From positions 1 through 28,020 of the IMG/VR virus record IMGVR_UViG_3300010052_000218: a stretch of DNA of 28,020 nucleotides, one strand, 5' to 3'. Below, piece after piece: positions 15,457 to 24,110 of this stretch (its first letter is position 1; the number at the start of each line of letters is the position of its first letter). Source of the DNA: a virus (Duplodnaviria > Caudoviricetes). The position numbers were made by a program, and so were the translations under genes. The notes beneath the pieces are model-generated. The model was given only the letters and a program-made list of their open reading frames with translations. It did not search any database and had not been told where the DNA came from.

Positions 15457-17526
15457 ATGGCCTGGTACGCCGCCGGCACTATTGCCGTGACCAACGGATC
15501 CGCCGCAGTGGTCGGCACTGGCACGTCGTTCGTTGACAACGTGAAGGCAGGGGACGCGCTCCGTGGTCCCGATGAACGCCTCTATCAGATCGCTTCCGTC
15601 AATTCGTCCACCTCTTTGACGCTGGCGCGCAACTATGCGGGAGCCTCCGCGGCCGGGCAGGCCTATGAGATTCTTTCGACGCAGGACGCACTGGCGGTGC
15701 TGGCGAAGAATGTCGCGCTGCTGATCGAGGATTATCAAGATATCGCGGACAATGCTGGTCAGGGCATGTTCGGCTTCGGGTCCGCGGCGACACCCGGCAT
15801 CCGCTTCGCCGATGATCAGGACACGGGTTTCTGGCGGCCCAGCGCGAACGTCATCGCTTGGGCGACCGGCGGCGTTGAGCGCGGCCGGGTAGAGGCGAAC
15901 GGCAACCACGGGTTCGGCGTTACCGCCCCCGCTGCGCGACTGCATGCGCTGGGTAGCATGATCCTTCAGGGGGCCGGCTCGGCCATGAACTGGTGGAAGG
16001 ATGGTACCCCCACCAAGGGCGCGCGCGTCCTATTCGACAACTCTGTGGCGAACGGCCTTGAGATCGGGCATTTCGATGGTGCGGCTTGGAGGCTTTCCGC
16101 CAGCTTCCTCCCGAATGGCAATGTCGGCATCGACACGGGAAGCCCACAGGCGTTGTTCGACCTGGGCGGCGGAGCGTTCGGACAAAAACTGCTCGTCTAT
16201 AGCGCGGCCAACACCCGCTATGGTTTCGGGATCGGCGATGCCCAGATGCGCACTTTCGCTGCATCGAACGGGGCGCTGACTTTCGGTCATATTTCCACCG
16301 CGGACGGGGCCACGTTCACCGAGCGGATGCGTATCGCCGCGAGCGGGGATATAGGGGTCGGTAGCAGCGCGCCGCGCGCTCGTATGGACATCCATGGTGA
16401 CATCCTTCTGAGCTGGGGTGACCGATTCATCGGGGCGCAGTACGATACGACCACCAGTTACCAGCTCGGATTGCGGGCGATCGTTTCCAGTCGCCGCACC
16501 GACATCTACGCCAAGTCCACCGAGAATGATGCCATCATCACATTCTCGACCGGCGGAGGAACAGAGAGCGCGCGCATCGACGCCGCCGGCAACCTGCTGG
16601 TCGGCGCCGCCGGCGGCTCCAGCCACACGATCTTCAAGACGCTGAGCGCGCAGACCGACAAGGTGTTGGATATCGGATATGACAACGCGACACCCTCGAT
16701 GCGGGTGTACGGGGCATATGCCGGGCTGGGCAGTTCCGCTCACTGCGCTGCGAACTTCGGGCATAGTTCGACAACCTCCCGTTCGATCAACGCGGGCGGC
16801 ACGATCAACGCGAGCGGTGCCGACTATGCCGAGTACATGGTCAAGGCCGCGGACTGCGGGACGATCGCAAAGGGCGATGTCTGCGGCGTCGATATCGACG
16901 GCAAACTGACGCAGAGCTGGGCGGCGGCGTGTAGCTTCGTCATCAAATCCACCGATCCCTCGCTTGTCGGCGGCGATAGCTGGGCGAACGATCTTGATCC
17001 GCGACCCGAGCCACCTACGCCGATCGGGAATGCGCCCGCGGCCCCGATCGCGCCGGAACCCTTTACCGACCCTGAGCCGACGCAGGGTGAGGAGGAGAGC
17101 GACGCCGCGTTCGCGGTGCGGCTTTACATCTGGGGACAGGCTGCCGACGCCGCGGCGGCAGCTCAAGAGGCCTATGAAGGGGCGATGGAGGCGTTTCCCA
17201 CCTCGCTGGCCGAATGGCAGACAGCGAACAATGCCTACACTCTCGCACAAGCGCAATTCGAGATCGTTCTCTCGGACTGGGAAGAAGCGCTGGAAGCAGC
17301 GCGCCTCAAGGTCGATCGAATTGCCTTCTGCGGCCAGGTGCCCGTCAATCTGACCGGCGAGTTCGGGGTCGGCGACTATGTCCTGCCTGCAGAAGGGGAT
17401 GGCGGCGCGATCGACGCCGTTGCGGTTCCCGAGAGCGCTATCACCTTCGATCAGTACCGCCGCCGCATCGGGAAGGTCTGGGCGATACGGGAGGGTCGCG
17501 CGTGGATCGACGTGCAGCACGGCTGA
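15457..17526 (+). CDS. Tail fibre with a C-terminal Peptidase_G2-like intramolecular chaperone
   Basis: N-terminal WYAAGTIAVTNGSAAVVGTGT.F; repeated RMRI...G.VGIG units; GADYAEYM...GDVCG...IAFCGQVPV...GDYVLP. Confidence 0.85.
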   Translation: MAWYAAGTIAVTNGSAAVVGTGTSFVDNVKAGDALRGPDERLYQIASVNSSTSLTLARNYAGASAAGQAYEILSTQDALAVLAKNVALLIEDYQDIADNAGQGMFGFGSAATPGIRFADDQDTGFWRPSANVIAWATGGVERGRVEANGNHGFGVTAPAARLHALGSMILQGAGSAMNWWKDGTPTKGARVLFDNSVANGLEIGHFDGAAWRLSASFLPNGNVGIDTGSPQALFDLGGGAFGQKLLVYSAANTRYGFGIGDAQMRTFAASNGALTFGHISTADGATFTERMRIAASGDIGVGSSAPRARMDIHGDILLSWGDRFIGAQYDTTTSYQLGLRAIVSSRRTDIYAKSTENDAIITFSTGGGTESARIDAAGNLLVGAAGGSSHTIFKTLSAQTDKVLDIGYDNATPSMRVYGAYAGLGSSAHCAANFGHSSTTSRSINAGGTINASGADYAEYMVKAADCGTIAKGDVCGVDIDGKLTQSWAAACSFVIKSTDPSLVGGDSWANDLDPRPEPPTPIGNAPAAPIAPEPFTDPEPTQGEEESDAAFAVRLYIWGQAADAAAAAQEAYEGAMEAFPTSLAEWQTANNAYTLAQAQFEIVLSDWEEALEAARLKVDRIAFCGQVPVNLTGEFGVGDYVLPAEGDGGAIDAVAVPESAITFDQYRRRIGKVWAIREGRAWIDVQHG

Positions 17527-17547
17527 GCCACTCAAAGGAGAATAGCA

Positions 17548-17790
17548 ATGGACGATATTGAGGCAATGCGCGCCAAGGTGGCGGCGCATGACGATAGGGT
17601 GCGTACGGAAAAGATGGCACCACTTGCCGCTCTGGTCGCGTCACCGGCGTTCGCTGAGGTTGCCGCAGCCATCGAAGCGCTCGGCACCGATCTCGACAGT
17701 GAGGCGCGGTTTGGGCCATTCGTGAAGGCATCACGAAGCGGATTGATCGGCCTCAAGCGCGCAGTTGAGCGCGAATCCGGCCGAGCGTAA
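17548..17790 (+). CDS. Small helical protein, possibly fibre-associated
   Basis: AAAGGAG RBS; overlaps the next gene by TAATG. Confidence 0.7.
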   Translation: MDDIEAMRAKVAAHDDRVRTEKMAPLAALVASPAFAEVAAAIEALGTDLDSEARFGPFVKASRSGLIGLKRAVERESGRA

Positions 17791-18332
17791 TGCCCCCACG
17801 CTTCCCGCCAGTCTTCGAGGACAGCCCGATCGCATATGCGTTCGCGCTGTTCAGCCTCTCGCTGATCTCCGCACTGTCGCTCGCGATGCTGGTGGGGTTT
17901 GTTGTCGAACAACGGCGCGCGCGCGAGGTCGAGGCGATGGTCGACAACCGGGCCTATCGAACGCCAGCCCGCACCGGGCTGAGCCTTCTCCAGCTCCACC
18001 GGCTTATCGTTTCCGGGTTCCTCCTCACGATCCTCTTTGGCGCCCTCCCTGACGTCCTCGTCCTGCTCGCGTGGGGCGAGGCGTCCGACACGACCATGAT
18101 GGCGCTGTTCCAGCTGGACCGGCTGTTCGACGGCATGACCGTCTTCCCCCTCGCCGTCGCGTTCGGCCTGCAAAGCGTGGCCGCGCAGGCGGTGGACCAC
18201 CGGCTCTTCATCGAACCCGCACCGGTCCGGCTGGTGCTTCGCTGGAGCGCTCTCAAGGAAAAAGTGAAGATCGGGGGGCTGGTGCTGTGCATAGCGGTTG
18301 GAGTGACGCTCTACAAAGCGGGCTGGGCGTGA
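17790..18332 (+). CDS. Multi-pass membrane protein (lysis region)
   Basis: About four hydrophobic segments; upstream of the endolysin. Confidence 0.7.
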   Translation: MPPRFPPVFEDSPIAYAFALFSLSLISALSLAMLVGFVVEQRRAREVEAMVDNRAYRTPARTGLSLLQLHRLIVSGFLLTILFGALPDVLVLLAWGEASDTTMMALFQLDRLFDGMTVFPLAVAFGLQSVAAQAVDHRLFIEPAPVRLVLRWSALKEKVKIGGLVLCIAVGVTLYKAGWA

Positions 18333-18697
18333 AGACTGGGGCGGTCGCGGTCGCGGCGCCCGCCATTGGCCCAGCAATTATCACCGTGTTCGGTGTGCAC
18401 GTGCCGGTCCTTGCCCTGGGACTGTCGGTAGCCGGTCTGCTCTTGGCCCGATTCATCGCGCCGCCACCTCTGCGGAAGCTTACACTGTGGCAGGAACGCG
18501 CGCTGACCGCGCTACTGATCATCCTGCTGTTCATGGTCGTGACCGGCCAGTTCGGGAACGGCGAGCCGCTGGGTGCCGGCATGGCGGTCATGCTCGGCAT
18601 AGGCCTCGGTTTCTCAGGGCTGCTTATTATCGAGTTCTTCGGCGAGCGCGGCATCGCCGCCTTCAAGGCCCTCTTCAACATCCGCGATCGGCAATAG
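18329..18697 (+). CDS. Probable holin
   Basis: GTG at 18329 overlaps the upstream stop; 122 aa with about three hydrophobic helices and a charged tail; immediately before the endolysin. Confidence 0.65.
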   Translation: MKTGAVAVAAPAIGPAIITVFGVHVPVLALGLSVAGLLLARFIAPPPLRKLTLWQERALTALLIILLFMVVTGQFGNGEPLGAGMAVMLGIGLGFSGLLIIEFFGERGIAAFKALFNIRDRQ

Positions 18698-18725
18698 CCG
18701 CCGACACCTACCGAAAGGACGAACG

Positions 18726-19412
18726 ATGGACGTAGCGACGCTGCAGCGGCGCCTGGTGGCGCTTGGTCTCGATCCGGGGCCGGTAGACGGAGTCTGGGGG
18801 CCGAAGACGCGCGCGACTGTCCTGAAGGCGCTCACCGACGGTCCGGACTACAAGCTGACCGAGAACGACATCATCGGCGCCGCCGCGCAGCTGGGTGTCG
18901 ATACCGCCAAGATCTGGACGGTCTGGGATGTCGAAGCGGCCGCGAGCCCATTCATCGACGGTCGTCCGACGATCCTGTTCGAGCCGCATCGATTCAGCCG
19001 CGCGACCGGGCACCGGTACGACAAGACGCACCCCACGTTGTCATCGCGGGCATGGAACAAGAAGCTGTACCCGGGAAGCCAGAACGGACGCTGGGATCAG
19101 CTGCTCGACGCCGTCGGCCTCGACGTCGATGCAGGGTTCGCCAGCGCAAGCTACGGCGGGTTCCAGATCCTGGGCGAGAACTTCGCCGTTTGCGGCGCGC
19201 CCTCGCCTTGGTCGTTTGCGTGGCGCCAAGCTCAGACCGAAGGCGACCAGCTCGAAGCGTTCATCCTGTTCGTCGAAGGCAATGGACTGAAACGACCGCT
19301 GCAGCGCGGTGATTGGGCGGCCTTCGCCAAGGGTTACAACGGCACGGCGTATCGGCTGAATCGCTACGACGAGCGTCTCGCAGCGGCCTATTCACGCCGG
19401 ACCGCGTCGTGA
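18726..19412 (+). CDS. Endolysin: peptidoglycan-binding domain plus DUF3380 N-acetylmuramidase
   Basis: LQRRLVALGLDPGPVDGVWGPKT; ILFEPHRFSR; SASYGGFQILGENF; WAAFAKGYNG. Confidence 0.92.
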   Translation: MDVATLQRRLVALGLDPGPVDGVWGPKTRATVLKALTDGPDYKLTENDIIGAAAQLGVDTAKIWTVWDVEAAASPFIDGRPTILFEPHRFSRATGHRYDKTHPTLSSRAWNKKLYPGSQNGRWDQLLDAVGLDVDAGFASASYGGFQILGENFAVCGAPSPWSFAWRQAQTEGDQLEAFILFVEGNGLKRPLQRGDWAAFAKGYNGTAYRLNRYDERLAAAYSRRTAS

Positions 19413-19759
19413 GCCGCGACCCGCTTCGTGGCGAGCGAGCGGTGCTGTGGGGCACAGATCACTGCATGCTCGCGTTCCACTGCCCCGGGTGCGGCGGGGA
19501 GCACGTTTGCAACATCGGCCGCGATCGCCGGCCGCGCTGGTCGTGGAACGGCGATCTCGACCGGCCGACGCTGAAGCCATCAGTGCTGGTGAAGACGGGC
19601 CGCGCCGTAGACCCGAATTTCCAGCCGGAGCCCGGCGATCCGCCGGAGATCTGCCACTCCTTCGTGACCGACGGCCGCATCCAGTTCCTGGGCGACTGCA
19701 CGCACCCGCTCGCCGGGCAAACCGTCGACCTGCCCAATTTCGAGGAGGCTTTGAAATGA
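19409..19759 (+). CDS. DUF6527-like Cys/His protein
   Basis: FHCPGC...H...WSWNGD..RPTLKPSVLV...CHSFVTDGRIQFLGDCTH.LAGQTVDLP; GTG at 19409. Confidence 0.75.
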   Translation: MSRDPLRGERAVLWGTDHCMLAFHCPGCGGEHVCNIGRDRRPRWSWNGDLDRPTLKPSVLVKTGRAVDPNFQPEPGDPPEICHSFVTDGRIQFLGDCTHPLAGQTVDLPNFEEALK

Positions 19760-20103
19760 CCGATTTCGGAAACCTTGTACCTGATCTGGCCGAGCTGATC
19801 GGCGTGCAGCCGAGCACTCTCGTCCTGCTGATCTTCATCGTCACGACCGTGGCCAATGCCGGCGCGCGCCTGATCCCGAACGACGCTGTCGGTTTTTGGG
19901 GCTGGGTACGGAAAATCTGCGCGTTCATCGGCGTCCATGTGAGCAGCCGCGTGGCGGGCGGCGTGACGATGAACGATATCGCCGCGGCCGCGCTCAAGAC
20001 GCCCTCGATCGGGAGTAAGATCGTGGCGACCACCGGGATTGCAGCCGCCAGCGTCTCGCAAGGCGCCCTCGCGACAGACAACACGCAGGCCCTCAAACCC
20101 TAA
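19756..20103 (+). CDS. Small membrane protein (lysis region)
   Basis: ATG at 19756 overlaps the upstream stop; hydrophobic TLVLLIFIVTTVA. Confidence 0.7.
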   Translation: MTDFGNLVPDLAELIGVQPSTLVLLIFIVTTVANAGARLIPNDAVGFWGWVRKICAFIGVHVSSRVAGGVTMNDIAAAALKTPSIGSKIVATTGIAAASVSQGALATDNTQALKP

Positions 20104-20147
20104 CCCCGCCGGCGGGCCGCCGGCACAATCGCGAAAGGGAGCGCGCC

Positions 20148-20591
20148 ATGCGCCGTCTTCTCATCCTGGCCGCCGCGGTGCTCGCGGTAGCCTGTTCCCC
20201 CCTGCCCGAACTCTCGCCGCCCGGTTCACCGACAGTGCGCGCCGACGCGGTCGAGAAGGTCGCCGCGGCGGCGGCCGACATCGCCGATGCGCTCGAGGTA
20301 GCGCCGCCGGCGACGATCACGGGCAACACGACGATCCCGGAGCGCGGCGTGCGCGTCGCCTTCCTGTCATTTGATACCGCGCTGACCGCGGTCAACCTGG
20401 CGCTCGATCTGAAGGAGATCACGCCGGGCAGTCCGGCCGCCCTGCGCATCCGCAGCGCCGTTCTCGAGGTTCAGCGATGGCTCAATGCCGCCTCAGCTGC
20501 ACAGCGCGCCAGCAACGCGGCGAGCTATCGCGAGGCGCTGGAGCAAGCGAAGCGCGCGCTTGCTGGTGTCCGAACCGAACTCGCGCGATAG
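20148..20591 (+). CDS. Helical lipoprotein, possible spanin-type component
   Basis: MRRLLILAAAVLAVA-C lipobox; AAAGGGAG RBS; near the end of the lysis operon. Confidence 0.7.
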   Translation: MRRLLILAAAVLAVACSPLPELSPPGSPTVRADAVEKVAAAAADIADALEVAPPATITGNTTIPERGVRVAFLSFDTALTAVNLALDLKEITPGSPAALRIRSAVLEVQRWLNAASAAQRASNAASYREALEQAKRALAGVRTELAR

Positions 20592-20600
20592 GAGGCTCCG

Positions 20601-20828
20601 ATGGACATCAAGAAGCTCATCGAGATCGGCAAGGCCGTCGCGTCTCTCGACCCGCGCGCCGCCGGCGTCATAGCGGTCGCGGAGGCGGTCATCGCGCATG
20701 TCGATGATGTCATCGAGACCGTCACGATACCCGACGACCAGCTCGCCGAACTGAGTGAGACGCGTGAGGCGCTGGAAGCGCGCGTCAACGCGAAGGCGGA
20801 CGCCACGGCCGACCGGCTCACTGGCTGA
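20601..20828 (+). CDS. Small hypothetical protein
   Basis: AGGAGG RBS; last gene before the terminator. Confidence 0.75.
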   Translation: MDIKKLIEIGKAVASLDPRAAGVIAVAEAVIAHVDDVIETVTIPDDQLAELSETREALEARVNAKADATADRLTG

Positions 20829-20857
20829 CCGGCCGCCCCGTTCTGGGGCCTGTATAC

Positions 20858-20894
20858 GCCCGCATCGGTCACGCCGGTGCGGGCTTTTCTGTTT
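20858..20894 (+). terminator. Rho-independent terminator of the late operon
   Basis: GCCCGCATCGG-TCACG-CCGGTGCGGGC followed by TTTTCTGTTT. Confidence 0.8.
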
Positions 20895-20967
20895 ACGGCA
20901 GTGGGAGCTTGCGATTTCGCTGCCCGTTCCAGCGGCTCGCCCAACGGGCAAGGCTGGCCAGCTCGGC

Positions 20968-21474
20968 CTATTTGAATGGATCCGGAGGAATCGTCTTCTC
21001 TCTTTGCTTGGCCGCGATCACGCCGGCGACGCATTCTCGGACCTTCGCCATGGCCGTAGCGCTCCCGGTCAGCTTCAACTGCTCAAGCAGCTTCTCGTTG
21101 TTGTCATCGATCTTTAGAGCCGGAACCATGCGGGTTCCCTTCGAAATCGCGTCCATGACCCGTGGTTCGAGGATGAATGTCAGCGCCCCGCCCGCCCCGC
21201 CTGTGGCCTTGCCCGAGAAAATGTCGTCATCGATCAGCAGATAGACGTCGTAGGCCCTATCCTGGACGGTGGACCAACCTGTGTTCTGCAGCACCATGAT
21301 CGAGCGACCATCGATGGATTCGCCTAGCGCAAGTCGGGTTGGAAGCTTGCCGCCGTAATAGGAAGTGGCGGCCATGCAGCCGTTGTCCGTCTCTTCTACG
21401 CTCCATGGATCTGCGCTGCCTTGCGTTGTCGCTGGCGCTAGTGACAGGATGAACGTGAGTGCGAGTGCGCGCAT
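20968..21474 (-). CDS. Exported hypothetical protein (moron)
   Basis: Signal-peptide-like MRALALTFILSLAPA; two Cys; converges on the late terminator. Confidence 0.75.
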   Translation of the reverse strand: MRALALTFILSLAPATTQGSADPWSVEETDNGCMAATSYYGGKLPTRLALGESIDGRSIMVLQNTGWSTVQDRAYDVYLLIDDDIFSGKATGGAGGALTFILEPRVMDAISKGTRMVPALKIDDNNEKLLEQLKLTGSATAMAKVRECVAGVIAAKQREKTIPPDPFK

Positions 21475-21559
21475 AGTCGGTCCCCTATGCGCGAATGACT
21501 ACAGGCCCTCCTGCCATAGCACCAGCCGCAGCTGCGAGGGGCGCGGCCGCATGTTGCGC

Positions 21560-21862
21560 CTAGCTCTCCTCCTTCAGGAGCGTGTCGATCACGTCGATCG
21601 AATCCTGCAAGCGGCTGGACTCTATCGCGGCGGCGGCGCCTTCCCCGTACTCGGCGGCAGAGTCTACGCCAGCTTGACGATGCTCCAACGTCTCCCGGAA
21701 GGCGGTGATGACGGCGCGCCCAAGGGCGTGCAGATCGAACTTACCGTCTATCACTGTCTCGCGCAGGTTATCCGCATCGACGAAGAATGTCCCGCCGTGC
21801 TGGGGCTCCTGCGACTGTAGCTCGGCCGCAAGCGCCCGCGCCGCACGTTCGATCGCGGTCAT
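21560..21862 (-). CDS. Hypothetical protein coupled to higA
   Basis: ATGA overlap with the higA stop; 100 aa. Confidence 0.6.
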   Translation of the reverse strand: MTAIERAARALAAELQSQEPQHGGTFFVDADNLRETVIDGKFDLHALGRAVITAFRETLEHRQAGVDSAAEYGEGAAAAIESSRLQDSIDVIDTLLKEES

Positions 21863-22242
21863 GCCGCGGCGCCAACCTGATCCACCGCCGGAACGCGCTC
21901 GATCGTCGCCTTGTATTCCTCGCGCTTCTCACGATCTTTGGCCAAGTCGTAAGCGTGCTGATAGGCAATGAGGAGGTCAGCGACCTCATCCCGCATAAGC
22001 GCGCCAAGCTTGTAGGCGAGGTCGCGGCTGACCGCATGCTTGCCAGTCAGAACGAGATGGAGGGTCGCACGGTCCATCTTGATCCGGCGCGCTGCCTCCG
22101 CGACGCTCAGGCCATATTCGGGCAGCAGCACGTCCTTGATGAATTTTCCCGGGTGCTGGTCGAGCTGGGGGACCGCGGACACAACCATCTCCGCGGCGGC
22201 TTCGATCTTGTATTGCGCGCTCTCGCGCTGGGCCTTGGACAT
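21859..22242 (-). CDS. higA: HigA-family antitoxin (XRE HTH)
   Basis: HPGKFIKDVLLPEYGLSVAEAARRIKMDRATLHLVLTGKHAVSRDLAYKLG...QHAYDL; GAGGAG RBS; downstream of the toxin gene. Confidence 0.9.
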   Translation of the reverse strand: MSKAQRESAQYKIEAAAEMVVSAVPQLDQHPGKFIKDVLLPEYGLSVAEAARRIKMDRATLHLVLTGKHAVSRDLAYKLGALMRDEVADLLIAYQHAYDLAKDREKREEYKATIERVPAVDQVGAAA

Positions 22243-22266
22243 AGGTCACTCCTCTATGTGGGATGC

Positions 22267-22317
22267 ATAGGCCGCCACCCTACACCGGGCAAGCAAAATC
22301 GTAGGGCAACGCCCTAC
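22267..22317. promoter_or_regulatory. Two GTAGGG-N5-CCCTAC-type operators upstream of higA
   Basis: ATAGGC-N5-CCCTAC (22267-22283) and perfect GTAGGG-N5-CCCTAC (22301-22317). Confidence 0.7.
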
Positions 22318-22346
22318 GGGGCGGGGCCGAGGCCCCGCCGGTGGCG

Positions 22347-22646
22347 TCAGTGATAGTCCTCATAGTCCAGCACCGAGACCTCTTGCGCCGCGACATCGAC
22401 GTAGAAGGTCAGGCGATAGTTGCGGGTAACCGTCAGGCTCCACTTGCCGGGCTGGCCGGGGGACAGCTCGTGGGCCTTCCATGAGGGCACCGCCAGCAGC
22501 TGAAGCGGGTTCGTCATGACGGTGATCGCGGTGAGCATCTCCGTGATCTTGCGGGTTTCGAGAGCGTCGAGACCCTTCACGCTGGTGCGGCTGGGGTTCT
22601 CGACCAGCGCCTTCACCCGCTTGTCCCTGACTGAAACGATCTGCAT
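22347..22646 (-). CDS. higB: HigB-family (RelE-like) toxin
   Basis: MQIVSVRDKRVKAL...WKAHEL...GKWSLTVTRNYRLTF...LDYEDYH; GGAGG RBS. Confidence 0.92.
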   Translation of the reverse strand: MQIVSVRDKRVKALVENPSRTSVKGLDALETRKITEMLTAITVMTNPLQLLAVPSWKAHELSPGQPGKWSLTVTRNYRLTFYVDVAAQEVSVLDYEDYH

Positions 22647-22662
22647 TGCTTCCTCCGTTGCT

Positions 22663-22724
22663 GTTGGGTATCACCCTACATCAACACCAAAGCCAGTCAA
22701 GGGAATAGTTGGGCGTTGCCCTAC
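22663..22724. promoter_or_regulatory. higB promoter with two operators
   Basis: GTTGGG-N5-CCCTAC at 22663-22679 and 22708-22724, around minus-strand TTGACT-N16-TAGGGT. Confidence 0.7.
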
Positions 22725-22737
22725 ATTTCTTCTCACC

Positions 22738-23637
22738 TCAGTTGCACTGCAGCTTGACCAAGAGCTGCGACGGAAAGGGGGTTGCCAGCTCGGCGAGATC
22801 GCCATGTTCGAGCCAACGGTGTTCATCCTCGCGATGGAGAATCAGCGGCATCGCGTCGGCATAGGGCGCGAACAACGGGTTCGGTTCGCTCACATGGAGT
22901 GCAACGGCGAAATGCGGGTGCCCCACCCATAGGCCGGCGATGCCGAAATCCTGCTGATCAGGCATCCCGAACCACTCTGTTGCCGGGCCAGTCGTCGTGC
23001 CGGGCGCACGGTGCCCGATCTCGCGCACGGGAAGGATGCAGCGCTGCGCTGGCAGCACCCCCTTTTCCACGCTGCCCCGTCGCCAGAACTTGCGTTCGGG
23101 GTCGCGGATGTTGGTGACGAAGTCCGTCGCTCGGCCACCGCTGCGGCCCGCGACCGTGCGACGGATGCCCCATTTTGCTTGTTGGAGGATCGGGGATCCA
23201 TGTCCCCAGGTCATCACCCAGCAATCGCCTCCGGGCCGCGTCACAAGCGCTGGCCGGCCCCGATCGCCGTCGTCCAGCTTGCGGATTCCGAAGCGTTCGA
23301 TCAAGCCTACGACGTCGTGTGAAAGACCCAGTTCAACGCACACCGGCGCTGCAGGCGGCGGATAATCCTCTTCCGCCACCTGCCAGCCTACGGTCTCAAG
23401 CGAGGCCTTGATGCGACCATAGGCCGGGTGGCAGCTCTCCCACGCCAGCCTCTGCCCCTTGGTAAACTCGGTCCAGAAGTCCCCGAGCGGCTTCCGATCG
23501 GAGACGAAGGGCATCAGCACCCTCAGCGCGAGGCGCACCGGCAACTGGCCCAGCTCAGCGCCCGCGGGCTCATACGCCGCCTTCTGCAGAACCTGCAGGG
23601 CGAGGTTGATGATGATCGACTCGTGATGGCGTAGCAC
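22738..23637 (-). CDS. Divergent SRAP (YedK/HMCES-like) domain fused to an N-terminal helical domain
   Basis: KWG...TNIR...FWR...RCILP...WF...FGIAGLW...EPN.L......AMPLIL...E..WL; start inferred at GTG 23637 beside the LexA box. Confidence 0.7.
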   Translation of the reverse strand: MLRHHESIIINLALQVLQKAAYEPAGAELGQLPVRLALRVLMPFVSDRKPLGDFWTEFTKGQRLAWESCHPAYGRIKASLETVGWQVAEEDYPPPAAPVCVELGLSHDVVGLIERFGIRKLDDGDRGRPALVTRPGGDCWVMTWGHGSPILQQAKWGIRRTVAGRSGGRATDFVTNIRDPERKFWRRGSVEKGVLPAQRCILPVREIGHRAPGTTTGPATEWFGMPDQQDFGIAGLWVGHPHFAVALHVSEPNPLFAPYADAMPLILHREDEHRWLEHGDLAELATPFPSQLLVKLQCN

Positions 23638-23642
23638 TGTGA

Positions 23643-23657
23643 GAACATAATGCGAAC
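23643..23657 (-). promoter_or_regulatory. Alphaproteobacterial LexA box GTTC-N7-GTTC
   Basis: Plus strand GAAC-ATAATGC-GAAC, 5 bp from the inferred start of the SRAP-like gene. Confidence 0.8.
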
Positions 23658-23690
23658 AACCGGTGTCGGTCCAGCCATCGTTCGTTGACG

Positions 23691-23918
23691 CTATTCGGCT
23701 GGCCATCCGATCTCGGCTTCGCCGAGCCCAAGATATCGCTCCAGCTTGGACTGTTCGGCGGGCTCCAGCCAATCCGGCCGGCCCCTGCGAACCCAATCCG
23801 ATAAATAGCGCGACGGCTTCCCTATGAGCCGGGACAACGCGGCAAGCGACTCGCCGCGCTCGTCCGCGCGCTCCCGTAGGCGTTCGCGCGCCTGCAACTG
23901 TGTTGGCCAAGGCTTCAT
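23691..23918 (-). CDS. Stand-alone HTH protein
   Basis: GESLAALSRLIGKPSRYLSDWVRRGRPDWL...KLERYLG resembles the DNA-binding domain of alphaproteobacterial S24-type repressors; AGGGAGGGG RBS. Confidence 0.7.
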   Translation of the reverse strand: MKPWPTQLQARERLRERADERGESLAALSRLIGKPSRYLSDWVRRGRPDWLEPAEQSKLERYLGLGEAEIGWPAE

Positions 23919-24110
23919 GTTCGGAGCCTAGCCCGCCCCTCCCTCCTACGCCAAACTCGAACACGTCCGCCGGCCGACCGGCCGAGCGGGGGTGCCGTGC
24001 GCCAACACGGCAACCGACGGGCAACTGCACGCTCCCCGTCACGCGCGGCTGGCCAGCCGCAACGCCCCGCGCCCGTGCACCGGGCGGGGCCTATGTGAGC
24101 ACATCCCCCT

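Noticed and set aside
14029-17526. Diversity-generating retroelement or invertible fibre cassette
   Set aside because: No reverse transcriptase, invertase or template/variable repeat pair was seen.
16030-17589. Long antisense ORFs (for example 16030-17589, 8712-9746, 1913-2881)
   Set aside because: Shadow frames of GC-rich genes with no recognisable motifs.
23638-24042. 5' extension of track ORF 22738-24042
   Set aside because: It runs through a LexA box, the HTH gene and the mom leader; probably an incidental open frame.
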